Positions 1 through 9,000 of a stretch of DNA of 64,000 bases are shown here, piece by piece. Numbering within the stretch: position 1 is the first letter of the stretch; the number at the start of each line of letters is the position of its first letter. Source of the stretch: Flectonema sp. DT1601 (taxonomy: Eukaryota); NCBI GenBank assembly GCA_964019425.1, contig OZ025797.1:868001-932000 (forward strand), written 5' to 3'. The notes under the pieces were generated by a model. The model did no database searches. It was not told where the DNA came from and saw only the letters and a program-made list of their open reading frames with translations. Position numbers and translations under genes: made by a program.

Positions 1-3000
1 CCAACTTCGGGAACGCACTTCCAACCGGAGACGCTGCGTTCTAAGAATTTCGAAATTTTTGTATTTGAATTGCAGTGTGATTCTGATGTGCACAATTCGC
101 AGGTTGGAGCAACACCAGCATAACCTGCGCTACTATAACAACTTGAACAGCTACAAGGTTTGTATTGTGATGGACATGTTTCACAATTATCACCATTCCA
201 AAACCCACTACAAGAACATAAACATTGAGTTTGATCAACGTTTGTTGATACAGAAGCAGCGTTGTTGTTACAGTGTTCTGATTTCGTACATCTTGTACAA
301 GTTGGGTAATTTATATAACCGTCTTTACACTTATTACACGAAGATCCAGAATATGGATGAGGACAGTTGTCACATTGCGTACCAATAAACTGGTTATCAC
401 AGTCACACTTACAATAACGTTGTGTGTTGTCAGAGTAAGCTGTTCCACGGCCATTGCAGAAATCATCAAGGCATCGTTGGCAGTGGGGGTATTGGATTAG
501 ATTTGGAGCACACTTGTTGCAGTCAGAACCAGCGTATTGTACAGGACATGAATCACAGTTAGATCCTGTCCATTGATTCCTACATTGACAGATACAGTTA
601 CTGTTATCTGAATTTGAAGTGCAGGATATTGCTCTGCCTAAACAGTGTTGATCAGTATTACATTGAGTACAACTTGGATATCCTATTCTACCGACAGTAC
701 ACTTCTTACAACTAGTTGATATTTCATATAAAGAAGTATCACATTCATTACAAGACAATCCTTTCCATTGATCTTTACAAGTACATGAACAGGATAGTTG
801 TAATTCATCAGGTTCTGTAGCTGTCGCGTGATTTGAACAATCAGATTGAATATTACAACGTCTACAGTTAGGCCATCCGACATACGAGGGAGAACAGCTA
901 TCACAGTTTGCTCCAATAAATCCAATCTTACAAGAACAGTCACACTCATCTTGTTGAGGGTTTGCAGACACTCTATCAGCGCGATTATTACAATCGATTA
1001 CATTGCTGCATGTTCTACAGACAGGGTAATTAATCGCATTCCCACTGCAGCGGTTGCAGTTCGCTCCTTCAAATCTTGGCGGACAGATTTCACAATCAGC
1101 ACCCAGCCATCCGTTAATACATCCGACACATTCACATTCCGTTACCTTATTAGTGGATCCGGGGTTGTTACAGATCTTGGCTCCAGTTGGACAGTTTCCC
1201 GCGAATGCTTTGCAAGTGTTGTCTATACAAAGAATTGGTTTGTTTTTAGGACAGCGGAGGATACCTCCTTTAGAAGTACAGCAATCATCACCATGAATTG
1301 CAGTGTTGCAGAATGAGTTGTCTTCACATCTGTTAATGTTAATTTCATTTGTGTGATAAACCCATTGGCAGTCAGGGTTCTCAGTGTGATATCCTCTGAC
1401 TCTGAGAGCGCGATCATTACAATTTAAAGAATTACTACAAGGGATACAATCTGGGTAGCTACGATATCCTGGTGAGCATTCTCCGCAATCAGAATCTGAA
1501 GCGTGTTTTGGTAAGCACATTCCACACCGTGTACCATACCAACTATTCTTACAGTCACAAACACATTCATTATCAACACCCGTTACTGTATTAGCATTAC
1601 CGTTACAGTGTTCACTAATAGTACATAGCTCACAGGCTGGGTAGCTTGGTTGTCCTCCATAATTGGGAGCACACGCACTACAGTCTTGAGTCATGTCGAA
1701 CCTCTTTTCACAAATCAAACAAGAGCGACAGTTTCTGCAAGACACCGGACAAATATTCTTTACGTATGATAGTTGAGGAATGCCGTTAAAAAAGTCGTGA
1801 AGGTCACTACTACAATCGATTGTTAATAAAACATCACTACAAGAAACAGGAAGAACACTATTCACATCATCAACACAAATACTATTTGAACCAGTTTTAG
1901 AAGTACTCCACTGATGATCACATTCACAGATACAATTATTACCGTTGGATGTTACTCTTGTTGCGTGATTGCCGCAGTCGAATTCTACTGAGCATTGTCT
2001 GCACTTAGGGAAGTCTATACGACCTCCAGCACAAGTATTGCAGTCCCAACCTGCGTACTTTGAGTGACAGAAATCACATGATTTACCTGTCCATCCATTC
2101 CGACAGTCGCATTGACAGAATTCTGGACCAGTTGCCGGAATAGGACACTTACCGCAAGACTTTGGACAATAATCAGAAATAAGATTACTACTTAAAGTTA
2201 CTGATATTAAAGATGCTGATGAAGTACAACCGAGTTGCACAACATCTTTACAACTCATACCAAATAATCTTGACAACTTATCTAATGGATCATCATAACA
2301 CACACTTGGTGATGATAATGATCCGTGACCACTACAGTCACTCCCGGCATCACATCTTTGACAACATTTCGATGAATCATATTCGGGGTTTCCTTTGTCG
2401 CAATATTTGTAACCAACTCGACCTGAAGAACATCCATCACAGTCAGCAGATCCTTGAAATTTCCAGGGACAGTTCTGACAGTATTCTGAAGTATATTGAT
2501 TCCTACAATTACAAGTACAAGTCACTCCATCTGATGTTACTGAAACAGCTCTGGAGTTACATCGAGTTTCAGAACTGCAATAATGACAGGCGGGGAATGA
2601 CCATCTTTGAACACCATGTTGATCAAATCCACATTCATTGCAGTCTGCACCTGAATACTTCGCAGGGCATTTATCACATGTTGAACCTCTCCATGGAGCA
2701 GTGCAACTACAACTACAACCTGTTCTATAACAGTTAGGCCATGTAGCTCCAGCGTGATTACTGCAATCTGTTGCAACCGAACAGCTTCTACAGATTGGGT
2801 AACCAACGTGATTGGCATCACATCGACTGCAGTCACTTCCATGAAATCCAAATTTACAACTACAGACACACGACGTCCTCGATGAGTCTGATGTTACAGA
2901 TGCCGCATGTGAATTACAATGAACTTCATTAGTACATTTATTACATGTCGGGTATTGTTTGTATCCAATAGAACATTTATTACAATCAGTTCCCTCATAA

Positions 3001-6000
3001 GGAAGGTCGCAAGTAGAACATGTTGGACCTTTCCATTTATTAGAACAGGTGCAGGTACAGCTCAGTTGATTAGCTGCAGCAACTACTGAAGTACCGTGAT
3101 TACTGCAGTGGTCTATTACATTACATAATATACAAGTTGGATAATTAATATAATTCTGAGCACAAACAGAACAGGTAGACCCCGTGTATCCTGTTTTACA
3201 TTGACAACTGCCAGACACACATTGTCCATAACTACCACATCCACTACTGCAGTCTGCTGTGGAGCAGTCTGCACCTCGGAAACCGTCTTCACATTTGCAT
3301 GACCCAAGGGGCCACTGCGATGATGGCTGTGGAGTACTTGAGTCAACTTTATGAACAGAAATATAACTAGATCCACATCCGCACAATACACCACGACAGG
3401 AACGACCGCATCTCTTAGAGGAAACCCTTCCAGTTGGGAGTTCAGAGTCGCAGTAGCAACGACGAAGTGAGTTCATACCAAAGTAAGAATACCCTTGAGA
3501 TTCACACTTCGCTTTGCAACTAGAAAGCGTCGACAGACCCCCAGACATTAAATGTGACAGTCGTCCAGAGTAGCAGCCCACTCTCGTGTGACCACTTGAT
3601 GGTGAGAGGTCTACCCCGTATTCATGAAGTTCAGTTCGTTTTGAAGCAGTCAGTTTTGATGACAACAATGCGATGTGTGAAATATGAATACCAGTTGAGT
3701 CGATAAAGAGATTATCAACTGCTTGTGGAGAAGCTAATTCAGCGAATACAATGTGATACTCTCCATCTGTGAAAGTAGAACAACTTAGTCCACCACGGCG
3801 AGTACCGCAGTCTAAGCAATCAGTTCCTAGAGAGCAGCGGGATGTGATGGAGCCAGGGCCGCCGTCTTCACATTTCCCGTTTCCAGACCCTAGGCAAGTA
3901 TTTGTGCAAGGGTTCGCTGTTCTTCTTCCACAGTCAGTGCAGTCACTTCCCAGAGAACACATTGAATTGCGTGATCCTGGACCTCCATCATCACATTCTC
4001 CATCATTCGGCCACCAACAAGTATTTGTACAAATCTCATTACCTGATGTGCTACTAGAGATACTTCCCTTTTCATCATCGCCATCATCTACGTAGATGTG
4101 AGACCAGGCATCTCCTTTCCATTCTCCAATCTTTAATTTACTCGAGGCAATGCTGTCACTTTCGAGTAATACATTACCACAAGCACTAGATGGTACTTTT
4201 AATCTAATTACAATTGTTGAAACTGATAATGTCTCACCCACACAAGGAGTTGGTGGACGACACTCACGAATACCTCCGTAAGAGTTAACACACACGGCTG
4301 TTGTTGTAGAACAGATGTGATCAAGATATTGATTTGATCCAATTGGTGATTTATTAGCACACATATGTGGATAATTTGAAGGACATCTCTTCCTACCACC
4401 TCTGTTACGACAACAACTCCAATCACCATGTTGACCACTGCTATGAGATCTATATCTCCATCTATTTCTTGGAGTATGAGGAATGTAACAAAAGGTTCCG
4501 TCCGCACACTCCAGTTGGTTTCTTTGACGGCAATGTGTTGACCATGCGCATGAAGAAGGTGGTTGGATACTATGAGATCTTGAAGACCATCCATGGTGAT
4601 GACCTCTTCTTCCAGAGCCACACCTATAAGAAGAACTATGAGAACGATATCTCATCAGTATTTGTGGACTTCGCATGCGGATTCTGAAACTCCGACGCAC
4701 TGTTGTGTGTCGCAGTACACATCCACTATTTTGCGTCTCTCCCTGCACTGTACATTCTGGTGCTACGAGTGTTAGCTTACCGCCAGTTACACCACCTTCA
4801 CTCTCAACTACTCGCTCGCCTGGTTTCAAGTTCCACTTTTGCGAATTAGCATTATTCCACATCGTTACTGAAGGACCTGTTTTAATTAATCCCGTCTTCT
4901 GAATGTAGACTGCTGACACTCCCAGTCCAAGTAATGGAGGTGAAGGACTTGGAGGTGGAGTACTAATTTCAGGCTGTGGAGTACTAACAACAGGTAATCG
5001 TTGATTCCAGGTACACTTCTTTGTACTTAACAAACACCGTCTACGTGATGTTAGTGAAGTACAATCAGAAGGGGTAATGGTGTCAGAAGTGCCAGCACAG
5101 TTTCCGAGCATGCCATCGTTGCAGATACCGTGGCCTGAACAAAATAAGTTGGTAGCGTCATTGTGAGGGCAGACGTTTTCGCAAGCCTTGCCAAAGTAAC
5201 CAGTGTTGCAAATACATATTCCAGAGCCAATATTCTCATCACTGCAGTGACCATTTCCATTACATGGTCCAAGAACTGTTCCATATCCTGGACAGGGTTT
5301 ATCGCAGTAGGTTCCACCAACTCCTTCTGGGCATGTGCAAGAACCGTCACCTAATGTTCCTTCTTTACAACTACCCCTATTACAGTTGGGGCATTTTGTC
5401 TTACATGAAGAACCAAAATAGTTTGACTGGCACTGCATACAACCAGCTCCAGACCAATACCCGTTTACTGCATCAGATTTGCAGGTGCATACTCCGTCAC
5501 CTGAGGAGCCGGAATTGCAGACCCCGTTTGGTTCGCAATTGCAAACACCAGAACAGTCATCCGCGTAGTAGTTTGATTTACAAGTACAAATACCAACCAG
5601 AGGGTTTGTACTATCGCGGGTATCACATAACCCATGATTCTGATCACTATTACAATCACCTGGACAAGCAAAGTCATCGTCATCAATTCCAACAGAGATA
5701 TCCCTCACAAACCCATTACATACAAGTCCTGGTAATGCTAGACGTTGTTTTATTGAAGTGTGAGTTCGGATTCCTGTAATGACGTTGTTATCAACTGCAA
5801 TGAAGTGAGCATTCGTATGAATATTAGAACCAGATAATGATAAATCTGAAGAACTAGTTCTATATTGAACAAAACTATTTGAAAAGACATGCATCACAAT
5901 AGCTGGTGATGAACCCGCCCACGGACCAGTTACCGAGGTGGGTATTTGAAATAGTTTTCCTTCTTCAGTTACGATGCTGCTGTGATCGATTCCGTTTGGT

Positions 6001-9000
6001 GGAGAGACAGATGTTGTTATTATTACAAGTTTTAAAGAAAAAGAATACATTTTACCAGATGATCTAACGATGACTGATCCTTCATATTGTCCAGCACTAC
6101 TATAAGAAGGAATTGGGATAGAAATTGTTGTAGTCGCTGTGTACGGAGATGATAATGACTGAACTCCTTGGGGAGAGACTGAAACACCTGATGAGCCAAT
6201 CCGATTTCCTGAAGAGCTGTCTTGAAATTCTGATACAGATACAACACCTACGAATGCAACACTTCGTGTGAATTCAGCTTTTATTACAACTACACATCCA
6301 GGAGCTCCTACAAATTGCTGAGCACCACTCACTACTCTCGCAGCTTTCGATGTTAAAATTGCTGTAATTGGAGACCCACTTGGATTATCTGTTATTGAGA
6401 AAGTCCTTTTCGCACTCCTCTTAAACGTACTTGTTGTGCAATCATGAGATCCACTAGCTGTAATGCTTAATTGATAATTACCTAATGAAGTACCTCCTAA
6501 GTAATATCCCTCAAATTCCCCAACACTATTTGAATCGTATAGTGAAAGTGTCTTTGTAGATCCCGAAGGTGACTGTATCTCAACGTCAATTGAGACACCT
6601 GTTAATAGCCTACCGTTCGTGACGTCAGTTACAGAAGCTTGAACAAGAACAGGATTGCCTAATGAATACGCTTGTTGTAATTGAATATTTAAAACGATGG
6701 TACTTATACCTGTTATTCTCATTAATGTTTCAACAGGTGAATATTGATTTGACCCCCGTACTACTTTAAGTGAATACGTACCAGCAACTGCTCCTCTATC
6801 AAGAATGAATTGTTTAAATGGACCTGAAGTACTGTAACTTATGAGTGATGATGAAGTTTCTCCTATCACAGTAGTCCCATCTGATGTTGGAATTAATAAA
6901 GAAAGTTTAGTAGCAGAACTGTGAGAAGTTCCTGTTAGAAGTCTGACTGTCATTGGGAGTGACCACTCATCTACGTTGAATGGAATTTCAACACCATTTG
7001 ATCCAACAGTTGAGTCAACTCTCTTCATTTCTGATTCTCCTTTAGATTCCGACAACAGATCATTATAAATATCACCAAGTTCTGTAGCTGTTGCTGCGTA
7101 TCGAAACACCCCTCCAGTCAAACCAGCTATAAATGTTAATTTCTCTGATGCTGGTCCTTTACCACATCCAGACCCAAGACAAACAGTGTGTATCTTTATA
7201 TGTCTCGGAAGTATATTTGTTTGAATGTATTCTTCCCAAACTTTTAACATCTGTTGATGAGTATGACGAGGTTGCCAATATTCTTCACCGTCAGTCATTA
7301 CAATAATTACTTGTGGTCTGTTGTTAGTGCTTTCCTTTAGGAGCCCAAGCATCTTCTTCACACCTGATATAATATTAGTACCTCCAGAAGCAGGAATGTT
7401 GATAGATGATCGAACTTGAGATCTCGTTCTGTCAGATATTTCAGTCAATCCAAAAACAAGTTGAGCGCTACTACTGAACTGAACAACAGCAATTGAATCT
7501 CCGTTACTAGCTTGGTCTATAACTCTTCTAGCGTATTCTGTTCGGAGATTAGTTTTATCATTCCAAGACATTGATCCTGAACGGTCCAACACGAGTCCTA
7601 TCTCAGCTCTATTCTCAGTTTGAGAAGCATACACAATACTAGATACAGATGAAGAGGCATCACTCATAAACGAACAACCTTTTACTATTGATATTGTTAG
7701 AGAGTACGTTCCTCCTGCATTTTGTGGTGGTGTAGCAACAGTTAAAACATAAACCATTCTACTTTCATCGTATTGCATTGTGAAGGTACATTTTCTCAAA
7801 CCTACAGATATGTGAAGATCACTTGGTCGGAGTCCAAGCAGAGACATGTCAGCTCCGAGGATTGTTTTTAGTTTTACAGTAAAGGTAGGGAATGGCATTT
7901 GATAAGATCCAACTTGAACAGGATGTCGAACAGTTGGTGAAGTAATCTCAAGCGTTAGTCCACTTGCATAGAATATTGGAAATCGAGTCGACTGCTCTTT
8001 CGCCGACGTCACCACCGGAGATGACCACTCCACAGTAGTTCCAATAAAATACAACCCTGCTTCACCAGAAGAAGGAACTGTAAATAATGTCGTAAACGAA
8101 GAGATCTGTCTAGGCGGGAGTGTAAATGAATTTGAAAACTCACTCGGGATTTGAAGAGCCTGAGGGATACCAATTCCTTGAGAAATCTGCAACTGAAGTG
8201 AAGTAACAGACACTTGAAAAGCGTTCATATTTCGAACTCGAATTGTGACGCTTACCTGTTGTCCCGCTTCGTATGTTTCGGATGCTGTCTCTGCACAAAT
8301 CGAAACCCTCGGTGGTAACGGACAACGGGTGCAAATACTTTTCGGTTTCATGTCTAATACAGGAATTGGGGCATCAGGTGTGATTTGTTTATATCCACCA
8401 CAAGAACAGTGTTGATGTATTCCAGAATTTATTCTACAAGATGGATGTAGTAGAGATGTTTTTGAATAACAATTAACATCACACCATGAGACTTTAGTAT
8501 TAGCTTGTTTTCCTCTTGGAGTAGTTTCCCATGTAGAACATAAACCACTTTCTGTATCAGGAACAGTACAAGAACTCAAACAGTTACGACCGTTCCCATT
8601 CACACAATTAGATACGGAACTTTTGTGTGATCCACAACAACCTAATTCTGGGTAACATACATCAGGTTTTGCTTTATTCTGTCTGCAGTTCTTTAGTGCA
8701 GCACTGCTACATTGAGTACACTCAGCAAGAGGTGGGCTTAAATTACAAATTTGGTAAACATAATTATGCGACGAACAGGTGACCTGCTTAAGTTCCTTTG
8801 CTCCGTTCACCCATCTCTGGATATTAAATTTCGCGCGGCAGCCTTTATCGACGTAAAAATGTCCGTCTGGTTGAATCCCGAAACTCTCACCCAGAGTGCA
8901 TGGCGAGTTAGAATACTTACTCACCACACTAATATCACACGAATTCACGGATGGGTCTGCATAAGTAGCACATTTACTACACTGCGGCATTAGTGTTTGT

